Notes: generated from the sequence alone by a model not told the origin. 64,000 nt of DNA from Chrysomallon squamiferum (GCA_012295275.1 CM022677.1:8122001-8186000), one strand, 5' to 3'. Counted from the stretch's first letter, positions 28,791 through 42,022 are shown. Numbers and translations: made by a program.

Positions 28791-29081
28791 AAATACTGGA
28801 CTCTCAGAACGAGATCTGTCTAGTAATGGATTATCTGATAAAACTGCTCTCACTAAACACTGGACTCACAGAACTAGATCTGTCTAGTAATGGATTATCT
28901 GATAAAACTGCTGTCAATAAACACTGGACTCACAGAACTAGATCTGTCTAGTAATGGATTATCTGATAAAACTGCTCTCACTAAACACTGGACTCACAGA
29001 ACTAGATCTGTCAAGTAATGGATTATCTGATAAAACTGCTCTCACTAAACACTGGACTCACAGAACTAGATCTATCTAGTA
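28791..29081 (+). repeat. 64-bp tandem repeat (about 4.5 copies) derived from an LRR exon
   Basis: Unit starts at 28791, 28855, 28919, 28983 and 29047. The unit encodes NTGLTELDLSSNGLSDKT. Confidence 0.95.
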
Positions 29082-29387
29082 ATCTATCTGTGTGTGTGTG
29101 TCTGTGTATTTTAATCACTGACGTTAAATTAGTTTCTGCTAATGTAGGTTGCACACATTGTGAATTACTACTACTATTATTATTATTATTATTATTATTG
29201 TTGTTGTTGTTGTTGTTGTTTTTATTTGTTTTTATTACAAGCTGGGATCACTAACTCGTGTACTCAGTTTTTGTCTGCTGTTTTCAATCATCCAAGATGA
29301 CAGCTTTTTGTCTGAATGATGCAAAACTTAACAACCAAACACTTACTGTTGAAGGTTAATTTAGATTTGTAAAATATATATATATAT

Positions 29388-29467
<80 letters not shown>

Positions 29468-29944
29468 GTGTGTGTATACATACACACACAAGTGTATTTC
29501 ATTCTGTAACTATCTAGGTTTGACAAATTTGTCATTATTATATTTGTTCTACTTTCTTTTTTCTTTTTTTCTCCTGATAGTTAAGATACAGTTACCAGGT
29601 TTGTTAATACTGTTTTTCATTTTTTTCAGATATTCCAGATTCCAAGTTCTCTACAGGAATTAAGACTGAACTCCAGTTGTTTAACCAACCAGCTGTTTGA
29701 GTTTCCATGCAAAACTCCTTTATTTGAAAGATGTGGACATTGGAAATTGTCCTGATCTTTCTGTATGTATTATTAACAATTTAGTTAAACTTACTTCAGG
29801 TAATTTTTGTTTAAATTTTATAAATTTTTCTAATATTTGAAAAAATATTCTGTATATAATCCTTATCTCTCTGTATCTGACATAGACAATTTCGTTAAAC
29901 CATAAGCTAAGAATATTAAACTCTGTGTGTGTGTGTGTGAGTGT

Positions 29945-31320
29945 CAGCAATAGTGATAATTGCTACTCTGATAATTGTGTGTATGTGATTGTGTATGAGC
30001 AAGAGTAATAATTGCTACTGTGATAAGAGTGTGTGCGTGTCAATGTATTAGCAATAGTGATAACTGCTATTCTGATAATAGCGTGTGTGTGTTAGTGTGA
30101 GTGTATTAGCAATAGTGATAACTGCTACTCTGATAATAGTATGTGTGTGTGTATGTGTTTGGGTCAGTGTATTAGCAATAATGATAACTGCTATTCTGAT
30201 AATTGTGTGTGTGTGTTTGTGTGAGTGTATTAGCAATAGTGATAACTACTACTCTGATAATAGTATGTGTATGTGTGTGTGTGTGTCAGCAATAGTAATA
30301 ATTGCTACTCAGATAATAGTGTTTGTGTGTGAGTGTGACTATTAGCAATAGTGATAATTGCTACTCTGATAATAGTTTGCGTGTGTGTGTAAGTGTATCA
30401 GCAATAATGTTAACTACTACTCTGGTAATTGTGTGTATCAGCAAGACTAATAACTGCTACTCTGATAATAGTATGTGTGTGAGTGTGTGCATGTTTGTGA
30501 GTGTGAGTGTCTCAGCAATAGTGATAATTGCCAATCTGATAATAGTATCTGTGTGTCAGTATATGAGCCATATTGAAAATTACTACTCTGATAATAGTAT
30601 GTGGGTCTGTCTGTGAGTGTATCAGCAATAGTGATAATTGCTGTGTGTGTGTGCGTGTGTGTGAGGCAATAGTCATAATTGCTACTCTCATAATAGTCTG
30701 TGTGTGAGTCAGTCAGCAATGGTGATAATTGATAATGTGATCAGCAATAGTAATAACTACTACTCTGATATGAGTGTGTGTGTAAGTGTATCAGAAATAG
30801 TGATAATTGCTACTCTGATAATAGTTTATGTGTGTGTGACTATCAGCAATAGTGACAATTGATACTCTGGTAAAAATGTAAGTGTGTGTGTGTGTATGTG
30901 TGAGTGTATCAGCAATAATGATAATTCCTACTCAGATAATAGTGTGTATGTGTGTGTATCTGCAGTAGTGATAACTGCTACTCTGATAATAGTATGTGTG
31001 TATGTGTCTGCAATAGTGATAACTGCTGCTGGCATAATAGTATGTATGTGTATCAGCCATATTGATAACTGCTACTTAGATAATATTGTGAGTGTATGTG
31101 AGTATATAATTAATAGTGATAATTGCTACTGTGATTATAGTGTGTGTGTATATGTGAGTATATCAGCAATAGTGATAATTGCTACTCTGATATTAGTATG
31201 TGTATGTGTGTGTTTGAGTGAGTGTGAGTGTATCATCAAGTGATAATTGCTACTTAGATAACAGTGTGTGTATGCGTGTGTATCATCAATAGTGATACTT
31301 GCTCCTCTAATAATAGTGTG
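29945..31320. repeat. Intronic minisatellite: ~33-bp conserved hairpin-like core separated by variable (GT)n tracts, more than 20 copies
   Basis: Core (tatc)agcaatagtgataattgctactctgataatagt recurs about every 45-65 bp. Confidence 0.9.
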
Positions 31321-31822
31321 TATGTCTGTGTGTGTCTGTGGTAAGAAATATTTGGTTATCAGTTTATATGTCTAAATGCTTTGTAGAAAATACTCAGGCC
31401 TGTTTTAATTAAATTTAAGATTTAGTCTTTGTTTATACCACCAAGGAACACACATCTGAGTTATACAGATTGAATGGAAACTTATTAGGTAATAAATTAT
31501 TTTTGTATTTTTCAGAAAATATTAATTTTTTTAATTCAAAATATTGAAATAGAAGCTTGCATATTGTTTGAGATTTATTATGTTTAATTTTATTACTATA
31601 CCTACACAGGAGGAAAAATAACACATCTGAATAGCATCTTGTAAATACAAGAGTTTTCAGTTCTTTATTATTTGTAACAGAGATGTAATTAGCACCAAAA
31701 ACATCAGCAGCAACATGTAACATGGTGGTGACAGTAGCAGCTATGATGTTGTAATAGTAGCAACAGCATCAGCAGTAGTAATAATAACAGCTACTACTGT
31801 ATCAAAACATCTAGAAAGAGTA

Positions 31823-31855
<33 letters not shown>

Positions 31856-31953
31856 GCTAACATTGTAGGATAGTGATAATAAAAGCTAATGTGTAGCTGT
31901 AGTTATAGAAGGTAGCAGTAGCAGCAGTAGTAATAATAACTAGTTTAGTAATA

Positions 31954-32127
31954 GTAGCAGTAGTAGTAATAAAAATAATACAGCGATGTAGTTTTAATAG
32001 AGGTGCAGTAGGAACAGTAGCTGTAGTTGCAATAGTCATAGTAGCAGTAGTAGTAATAAAAATAATACATTGATGTAGTTTTAATAGAGGTGCAGTAGGA
32101 ACAGCAGCTGTAGTTGCTACAGTCGTA
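31954..32127. repeat. 87-bp tandem duplication
   Basis: gtagcagtagtagtaataaaaataatac...gaggtgcagtaggaacag occurs twice in tandem. Confidence 0.8.
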
Positions 32128-32431
32128 GTAGTAGTTCCTGCTTCCTTGCATTTTAAATTTTAAATTCAAGTTTTTAAAATATTGTTTTATTATCATTCAG
32201 GGAAGGAGGGACTGTTGTTACTGATATCAGTTGCTGTCATCACCATTAACAGTGTTGTATCTTAACAACTAGAAGAAAAACTTACAAGAAAATGAAATGG
32301 AAGAACTTTCCACGAAATTGGATGCTGCAATTGGTAATAAAAAATTTTATTTTAAAAAAAAGAACAATAAAAATAATAAAAAAGAAACAATAATAATAAC
32401 AAATAAGTAAGTAAATAAATAAATAACTAGC

Positions 32432-32515
32432 CTGAACCTAACCCCTACTCTCATCCTAACCCTAACACTAGTCTTAGCCCTAATCCTAACCCTAACTCTA
32501 ATCTAAGTTAACCCA
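32432..32515. repeat. Degenerate (CCCTAA)n-like tract
   Basis: Contains cctaacccc, cctaaccctaac and gccctaatcctaaccctaactctaa. Confidence 0.6.
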
Positions 32516-33123
32516 ATGGTAAAAATAAGAAAGAAGAAGGAATACTAAATAAAAGGTTTTATTATTGTTAATGCTGTTGTTGCATTTTTTTCATTTTAAA
32601 CTATTTATATAAATTTAATTAATTTTAAGGTCTCACTGTCAAGAAGTCAGGGGAGAAAATTGATTCATCTTGTAGTTGTCTCCCTTTATTTGCAGACAGC
32701 TTCCTGATTAAACTGACAGCACTTGGAGGACATCCTGGTAAACAGTTATTGTTATTTTTTTATTTTAACATTTATATGGTTCATATTAATTGAAATTTGT
32801 CATTTATTTATTTGTTTATCTTCCTCTAGGAATGCTGGGTAATATGATGTACTGTCCAGCCATTGTCGCAGATAAAGGAAACAGTCAATTTCTGACACTG
32901 CATCCATGTTGAAAAGTCATGGTGAGTGATTATATAGTATGTAGTAGTACAGAAATAACAGTTCACAGCTATCTGTCTATCTTTCTATGTATCTATCTAA
33001 TAATAAACATCACATTCTCTATGTATCTATCTGTAATAATAAACGTCACATTCTCTTTATTTATGAATATTTATATCTTGTTGTCTTTCCCACTTGATAA
33101 TTCAGTATGTCCATCTCTTCATC

Positions 33124-33161
<38 letters not shown>

Positions 33162-34526
33162 TATAATAATAGAGAAGAGAACAGAAAGTGATGAATGTAT
33201 ATCAGATTTCTAGACTCTAAGGAGTGTATTCTGTGTATTCTGTCTGTTGATGAATTGAACACTATCACTGGGGCCAAGAAAGATGGAGAAGTACCTACCT
33301 GGCTTCAGGTAATAAACAAAGTGTATGTATGTGTTGTATTCTGTGTATGAAGATTTTAGTTTTTTCATGTGTATGTGTGTGTATGTGTTTGTGTGTGTGT
33401 GTGTGTAATTATTGGATAAATAGTTTAAAAAGTACTATAACAAATACACACACCCACATATCAAGTAAATAAAGTTAACAAAAAATGTAGTGTGTGTGTG
33501 TGTGTGTGAGAGAGAGAAAGCGAGAGGAGCGAGAGAGATTAATAAATACGAAATTATTAACATGAAATAATATTTCTTAATACAATACTTAACATATTTA
33601 TCAACTTTTGTATCCAGTTTTAATATCAACTTTTACATTAATTTCTAAAACTTACCTTACTTTTTAATGTAAAGAACAATATATTTCCTTCTCACATATA
33701 ATCAGATACTATAACTATCACTACTATTACTGCCTGAATTTTCCAGGATCCAGTTATTTGATCAGACAGTGGAATAGCATGGATACTGATGTCTGATTCT
33801 GTAGACAAGGCTATAGATTAGTACAACAGAGGAGAGGTATTCCATTTAAATCATCAGTGTTTGACTAATTGTATATAAATGTCATTTGGTTTACCTACTA
33901 CTCCCAATCTGTCAGTCTTGCAATATCTATTTACCAGTGTACATCTACAATAACCTGTTTGTCTGTCTGTCTGTCTGTCTGATGGTCTACATCATCAACC
34001 TACCTATCTACCCAATATCTACCAGTCTCTAAATACTTTTACTTCCTAAATAAATATATCTATGGACAACCAGTCATAGTGTCAAGAATTAACATAAGAG
34101 TTAGATGATGTTAAAATTACAGAACTGGAGGTAAAAGTCAGGTATTGTGATGATGTCATAGTCTTTTTTATTTCTCTCTCACTATCTCTAATTTTCTCCT
34201 AGCCTCTCTGATTCTCTCTTTCACTTAAGTTCTTTCTTTCACTGTCTTTCCCTGTTCATAAACTGTATATGCATAATTATGATACCTAGGTTTAAACTAA
34301 GTAGCTGGTTTTTGCCTTGATGCTCATGGAAAGGATCACATATAACAAAAACAAAACAAAAAAAATTATATAATAAAAACAATTAAAACTCAAAAATATA
34401 TTCTTTCACTTGTAATTATATGTATTGGTATCATATGTCAATTCTGTTTGTGAAATGGACAGGAATGAAAGCTTATCTTTAAATAACTGTGAGATTTTTG
34501 ATAGCCATTGTTTTTACAAACTATAC

Positions 34527-34600
34527 GAATGAATGAATGTTTTAGGACAGCCCAGCATGAAAAATATATCAGCTACTGGGTGACAAACAAAGGTAAATAT
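34527..34600 (-). mobile_element. Short interspersed repeat fragment with a (GAAT)n tail
   Basis: gaatgaatgaatgttttaggacagcccagcatgaaaaatatatcagctactgggtgacaaacaaagg resembles a SINE-like repeat end I recall from gastropod genomes. Not verified. Confidence 0.4.
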
Positions 34601-37600
34601 AACAATACAAATCAATACCTAATTACATTAATATTAAATACTGAAATGTTTTTCTCAGACAAGAAGTGGAAAAGAGGATGAAGATTCAGTTCATCATGAA
34701 CTAATTTTCTAGAACACAGAGGTATTGTTAATAATATATCCAGTTTTTCTCTGATTATAGATGTTAAGTTTTCTATGCCTGTCAGTATTTTCTGATGTAG
34801 ATAATGTCAATTCCACTTCATAGAAAATGATTTTAAAAATTTCTGTACAAACTTTTCTGATACAAAGAATGATAATTTTAGCCATGCAACTTAACACATC
34901 TAATACAGAGATGATGCAGAAAATGATGATTATCATCCACTTCATCTGATGATAGTTACAGTTATTGCTACTCTATCCAGTATTCTGATATAGAAATTAA
35001 CAATTTTTACCATCTTGTCGTATGATTTTTTTTAATGATCTATTCAGCATTTTCTTATACACAGAATAACATGATACAATATGCTGTTAATTCACACACA
35101 CTGATACTAATATTCATGTAATTATACATGGACCAAAGTTTACTTCTATAAGATTTTTGTTTTCTTTATCTTTGTTGTTTTCATTGAAGTGTTTTTATAA
35201 GAAGTGTTTTTGATAATATAAGTTATTATTTATTACATTTATATTCTGCACTGTATGTGTGGGGATACTGTATGTGTATGTCATTTTGTATGTTGGTATG
35301 TCTACATGTGTGTGTGTGTCTGTATGTCATTTTGTATGTAGTCATGTTTGTGTGTATGTGTGGGTTTTGCCTAAGTGCATGTGCGAGTGTGTATTTCTGT
35401 GTGAATATTGTAATGTTTGTATATGTTATTTTCAGTGTTTGTTTTGTGTCTTGGATGTATTTGTACTTTAGTGCATGCATTTATGTGCCTGCATAAATTA
35501 GAAAATAAACACAGCAAATAAAGCATTGAATCAAATTATTTAGCAGACTTTAAAAATAAAACCCAGGTGTCTAGATTAATTTTTAATACTAGCTTCTGTT
35601 AAATAATTTAATTAATTATCCAATGTAATAATTTAAAACAGGTGAAAAAATAAGTAAATAAGTGACAACTGTAGTTAAATTTTATTTTCTTTTTACATTG
35701 TTTTTGTTATTTGTGTATAATGCACATGTAATTTGACAGTATGTTTTTTTATAGGCATTTTTAATTCATTAATTGTTATATTTGTTACAAATTTTCTGTT
35801 GAATTTGATTTTTTAATTCACTGTTACTGTTTCTTGGTAAATAAAAAAGAGATCTAAAATTGTTTTCAGGGTGTTTATTATTATTGATTTTGTTTTTAAT
35901 TTGGGTGGGAAATTGTATTTGCTTTCTTTCATTATTTCATATGGTTTAACAATTTAAAATTAATTTGCCAGAAGTTTTATCTAAAGAGTTATTTCCCTTA
36001 TGTTATGAAAAGTTATTATCCATGGTCAGTTACTCATAATAATAATAATAATGATGATAATAATAATTACTTACATTGATTATAACAAACTAACAAACAA
36101 ATGAATAATAAAATATTATGAGTTTTTATTTCATTTATTTATTCTTCAATAGGTGATACTGAAGATACATAAAACATCAGAAATATGGAACTGGAGGGCG
36201 TATCCACGACGCTCTCCGATTTTCTTGTCTCAATGTAAATCATATTTCTGAACTAGAACTAACTCGAAATAACATTTTAGAAAAGTCATGTTTAGTCATT
36301 TATTCTCAAATTATCAGAAGCACAGTTTAAAATCAACGAAAATAACTTAATATTTGATTAATTACATTAATAACTCTCAAGATAATTTGTTAATATTAAT
36401 ACTGCTCCATATTTTTAATTATGCTTTCCGCTTCCATAAAACAGATCTGCATAACTGTTAGAAAAGGAAAATTATCAAACAAATCTAAATGTTTACGTAG
36501 TGTAGGTATTCCTTTTTGAGTGCACGTAATACAATATAGCAACACTATCTTACGCTGTTTTGTTATTTTATTTTGCGGGCAATATCTTAGTGGAATAAAC
36601 TTAATAAAATATACTTTTTTCTCTGTTACTAATAAATAAAAGAAAATTATCGATATTATGTTTTAAATTACTGGCAGAAACTTTTGCGAGATCGTGATGA
36701 AGTAAGCTGATGTATTCTTAACAATTTTTTTTTTTTTTTTTTTTTTTAAATGCCACTCGATAATAAATGTATCCCTTATAAACACTAGTGGTGTCGGTAT
36801 CAGAAGCTTTTTACAGGAAAACGTGATAATTAATTACACATTGATATTTAAATTTAATTCTACTTGGGGAGCTACGAGTGCAACTCAAAACAATTGAAAA
36901 TGTTTTGTTGCATTTTTTAAATAATTTTTTACCGAAACTGCCGCATATTATCTAAAATAATATTATGCTAGCTGAAGGATGAAGTTAGTTTCATTTTTAC
37001 AATATCTTCGTCTCAGAATTTTTTTTTAATTCATGGTAGAGTTTTTGATAGAGTAAAACTAATGACGTAATCGAGACCTGTTTTCAACTCGCATGTCACT
37101 TTACGTCTGCTACAAAAGCTGACGGTGTAATAAGAACTATTCGTTTATTAATGATATTAGCCGTAACTAAAACAGACGAAGAAACACAACAGAACGCTCA
37201 GTAATTGAACTAGGGTGTCTTAAATTATAATATTTATATCAATTTTCATTTTTATAAATAAGCTTATTATCATTTTTTTTTTTTTTTAATGATTTTTAAT
37301 TTGTATTTATTTATTTATTGTCAGTAATTTGTTTTTTCAATCCACACAGCACAAAACAGAACTGTTTTTCTATTATTAACTGAAGCAAAAAGTTACACAA
37401 CTTTTACAATGAAAAGAAAACAATACTTTTTGTTCTTTTTTTATTAAGATTTTCCTTGAAAGAATGAGTGAGAGAGAAATAGGTTCGTTGAATGAGAGTA
37501 TTAAAATAATAATAATTATATTATATTTGCATTTTTACGAACAACAGTAAAAATGCAAATGTATTGAATTTATATATCCATTTAAAAAATCCATTTTCTT

Positions 37601-37645
37601 TCACAATAAACAGCGAAATCTTATGACGTACAATGAATATTAAAA

Positions 37646-37699
<54 letters not shown>

Positions 37700-38929
37700 G
37701 TACATATAAAAATACACTTAGAAACAGACTGACAGAATATATAAATATTTATAAATAGATGAATAATAGACTCATAGAAAGGAACAAAGATAAATAGAAA
37801 GCTAGAGAGGAACGTAAACAGATAGCCAGAGGAACAGAGAGCGAGAGAGAGTTTAGGTAGGTGCATGAATGGAAATAGAATTATGGATTGATAGAAAATG
37901 CGACAAGTAGGTATATAATAATAATATATTAGATATAATAATAATATATTTTGATATTAGGAACAACGCCGTTACGACGGCAACGATGGTGATATTAATA
38001 GAAATAGTACTAATACATTTTTCTAAAGGATTTGATCGCTAAGGAAGTATGAATAATAGTTAATAAAAAGCAAAATAATAATGGTAACTACACCTAAAAC
38101 ATTAGGAACAACCCCTTCACGACTGCAATGACGGCAACATCAAAAAATATAATAATAATATATGCTGATGAGGAATAGACTTTATAAGATAAAACTGACA
38201 TTAGTAAAATTTGTATTAGTAGTACGTCTGCTTACTTTATAACCTTCTCACAAAATTTTCTGCCGATAATTTAACAAAGCAAAACGGTTTATCTTTCAGC
38301 TGCTAGCAGCAGAGCTACGTGTGTTTGTTTATTCGTGATAATGATGCCTAACAAAACCAGCAAACTCTATGTGTCAGTTACGTAATATTTTATTACGTTT
38401 ATTAATGAATTCAGAGGTAGAGGAGGGCATATTATTTTTCTTTAAAAATTGAGAAATATAAATTAATGTGCTTTTTTAAAATGTAAAAATACACAGAAAA
38501 ATGTCTCAAGGCGTCAGAAAATAGGGATATTTTAAAATAAAAGATATGAACGTGATATTTTGACAGGAATTTTACTAGAGAAAACCTGAATAGTGAGAAA
38601 TGTACACAAGAATCTTGCTACATCGCAGTTCATTGTCTACACTCGTTTATTGTCTTATAAATGGATTTATATCAGCATGGTCCAGTATATTTCGGTACTT
38701 ATAAAGATTTGTTCGGTATCATTCGTAATTCGAACGCAGTCGCATGTAATGATATGTAAAATTGTTATTATGATACAGCTGAATGACAAAATTAGTATAT
38801 TTTTATATTGTTTTCGCCTCAGAAAATGTTTATAAAGGGTTATCATTTATTTATTTATTGAAACTACTGTCGTAATCGAGACCTGTCTTCAACTCGCACC
38901 AGACCGTTTTACTCTTGAACGATGAACGA

Positions 38930-39491
38930 TAAAAGAAAGAATAACGATTTTTAGTTCCTCCAGTGTATTGCGTAGTGCTTGTCTTTCATTGGCAAAATTT
39001 GGACAGTGAAACAAGTAGTGTTTCATGGTTTCTGAGAGTCCACAACTGCAGTTGGGTGATGTGGTGATGTTATGTTTGTATCGAATTGCGTTTGGATTGG
39101 TTGGGTAACCAATTCTGGCTTTGGTGAGATTGTTGTTGTGTAGTTTGTTGGTGAGTGTGATTTTGAGTGTTTTGGCGAATGGTTTGATGTTTAAGCGCCA
39201 TTTGTTTTCGGTGGTGTTCCATTCGTTTTGCCATTGTTTGTCGTAATGTTTGGCAGCGATGGAGACAATTTCGTTTATTCCGTAATGTATATCTGTGCAG
39301 ATGTCTTCGTCTTTAATGCTGAGTGACTCTTTGGCGTAGTGGTCGGCAAGTTCGTTACCGATGATGCTGACGTGTGCTGGGAGCCACTCCATGGTTAGTT
39401 CTTTCTTGTTGTGTTGTATGTCCTCGTGTAGTTGTTGTATTTTGCTGAGCAGGTCTGGTCTGCTGGAACTTCCGGATTGTATTGAGATCAC
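38930..39491 (-). mobile_element. 3' fragment of an RNase H-containing (I-group) LINE
   Basis: Contains WLPAHVSIIGNELADHYAK (RNase H) and CSCGLSETMKHYLFHC (C-terminal CCHC). Confidence 0.9.
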
Positions 39492-39627
39492 GGAACTTTA
39501 TTGTTGTTATTTCCTTACCTGTTCGCCCCGCTCAGCACGCACTCGGCTCGGCGTACGGGAGGAAGGGAAATACCTTCAGGTTTGATCAGTGCTGAGTTGT
39601 TGTTATTGTTTGTTGTTGTTGTTGTTG

Positions 39628-39674
<47 letters not shown>

Positions 39675-39744
39675 TTTATTTTTTTATTTATACATTCATT
39701 TATTTATTTACTTATTTAATTTACTTATTTATTTATTATTATTA

Positions 39745-39788
<44 letters not shown>

Positions 39789-40010
39789 TTTGTTGAATTT
39801 TATTTATTTTATTTTGTTTTATTATTTTATTATTTACTATTTCTTTTTCTCATGTTTTCCTTTTAGATTTTTATTTTATTTTATTTTATTTTATTTTATT
39901 TTATTTTATTTTATTTTATTTATTTATTTATTTATTTGTTTGTTTGTTTGTTTGTTTATTTTTTTTTTTCTTTTTTTATGTGTTTTTTTTTTCTTTTTTT
40001 TTTGTGTGTG

Positions 40011-40468
40011 TGTGCACTGCTTAAGGTGAAATTGTCATCGATAGCGAGTACCGGGACCCAGTTTTCTAACATTCATCTCAGCGCTGCCATGGGAACCGTG
40101 TGTTTATGTTTGTGCGACCGTGTCTGCGTAGGTATGTGTGTATGTATGTATGTATATATTGTATTGTATTGTATTGTGTGTGTGTGTGTGCGTACGTGCG
40201 TGCGTAAGTAAGTATGAATGTATATATGTACGTATTGTATTGCATTGTATTGTGTGTGAGTGTGTGTTTGTGCGTGCGTGCGTGCGTCGGTTTGAAAAAG
40301 GTGTCTTCCAATGTGAAACTGAATTGCCACATCACGACGGCGCGATTATTAATGCATTTCAATTTCAATGTTTGCTTTTTTTTTTTTTTTTTTATTTTTT
40401 TTAATCATCTAGAAAATAGGCAAGTTAATAAATAAACAAACAAACAAACTAACAAACAAACAGAAACT

Positions 40469-40518
<50 letters not shown>

Positions 40519-40775
40519 CGATGATGATGATAATGATAATAAAAACAACAGCAGCAACAATAATAACAACAACAACAACAACAACAATAATAGGTGACAG
40601 TGGACGGATGAAACCCGGCGGCATTTTTCCTTTTCTCTCGTCATATTTATTTTTATTTTATTTTATTATTTTTTTCAAATTATTTTTTTTCTTAATATTT
40701 CTTTCTTTCTTTCTTTCTTTCTTTATTTATTTCTTTCTTTATTTATTTATTTATTTGTTTATTTGTTTATTTTGC

Positions 40776-40806
<31 letters not shown>

Positions 40807-41077
40807 TTTGTTCTGCATTCTTTAAGGTGATATTGACATCGGTAGTGAGTTCCGAGTTCCACTTTTCAAAATATTGTTTTACTTTATTACTAGGAAAGGC
40901 TGGTACCAGTAAACCTGAAATGTATAAATTACACTGGGTCCATTATAGAGCATCACCTATATTTTTATTAAGTTCAACTTTTATAAGTAAAAATCTTTTT
41001 CTTTGAGCTGAATTCTCACATTGCCTATTTACAGAATTTTCATCATTTATCCCAAATAGTGACTAATGAACTTAAAA

Positions 41078-41133
<56 letters not shown>

Positions 41134-41369
41134 CAACAACAACAACAAGAAAAGTAATAATAATAGGCAGTGGACGGATGAAGCACGACGGCTTTTTTCT
41201 TTTTTTCTCGTCTGTCGACCCGACCCGACCTGACCCGACCTGACCCTACCCGAGTGTAGCCGAACGGAGCGGAGCTGAGGTCGGTTCCCATGGCAACGGT
41301 GAGATGAACGTTAGAAAACTGGGTCTCGGTACTCGCTACCGATGTCAATTTCGCCTTAAACACTGCACA
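40011..41369. repeat. ~88-bp inverted repeat pair (40011-40098 and 41282-41369), with partial direct copies at ~40815-40870 and ~42382-42401
   Basis: Left arm gtgcactgcttaaggtgaaattgtcatcgatagcgagtaccgggacccagttttctaacattcatctcagcgctgccatgggaaccg aligns with the reverse complement of the right arm, gtgcagtgtttaaggcgaaattgacatcggtagcgagtaccgagacccagttttctaacgttcatctcaccgttgccatgggaaccg. Confidence 0.9.
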
Positions 41370-41589
41370 AAAATTAAGAATAAAAAATAAAAAAAAAAAA
41401 AATTGACAGTGACACTTTACAGTCCATCACCACGAAAGACGAAATGCTGTTCACAACAACAACAACAACAGCAGCAGCAGCACCACCACCACCACCACCA
41501 CCAACAACAACAGCAATAATGCTAATTTCGTGCAAAATGACTCGTGAACACAGGAGAAGTACGAAACCTTTCTATTATAATCATTACCG

Positions 41590-41693
<104 letters not shown>

Positions 41694-42022
41694 GTATAGT
41701 ACAGTACCGTAGATGCACAGAAACACACACACACACATGGCGCTTTCTTTCTTTCTTTCTTTCTTTGAGTAGAAGAAGAACAAGAAGATCGAATACTGCC
41801 AGCGCTTTATTTTTCTTTTTTATTTCTTTCTTTTTCTTTTCTTTTCTTTTCTTATTTTTTTTTTTTTTATTTTTTATTTTTTATTAATTCTTTTTCTTTC
41901 TTTTTATTTTTTTTATATTTTTTTTCCTCATGTTTTATCTTATTTTTTTGTTTTGTCATGTTTTTATTTTAAGTTTTACATATTTTATTTTATTTATTAT
42001 TTTTTTTTTTTTATTATTATCA

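Larger units (their letters stand above)
26485..34720 (+). pseudogene. Multi-exon LRR protein with C-terminal RRM-like segment, disrupted
   Basis: ag/gt-bounded exons: 26485-26844; 27546-27671 (VLDLSGNSSGTEAFRAVCLAMCSNTTVIFLSL); 28739- (LVENTGLSERDLSSNGLSD); 29242-29354; 29630-29762 (LQELRLNSSCL); 32201-32333; 32630-32737 (LGGHP); 32830-32921; 33206-33308 (ITGAKKDGEVPTWLQ); 33747-33836 (DPVI*SDSGIAWILMSDSVDKAID*YNRGE, RNP1-like); 34659-. Several stops and frameshifts are present. Confidence 0.75.

Noticed and set aside
29945-31320. CRISPR array
   Set aside because: The spacers are low-complexity GT tracts, the repeats are degenerate, the context is a eukaryotic intron, and there are no cas genes.
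32432-32515. Chromosome end or fusion scar
   Set aside because: The tract is short, degenerate, intronic and in one orientation only.
39512-39530. U1 snRNA or spliced-leader RNA linked to 5S (cttacctg)
   Set aside because: Only the 8-nt donor complement matches. There are no U1 stem-loops and no Sm site.
40021-41359. Clean Kolobok/piggyBac MITE with a TTAA TSD
   Set aside because: Similarity between the arms extends outside the TTAA (gtgcactgc/gtgcagtgt) and extra direct copies exist, so the TTAA cannot be called a true TSD.
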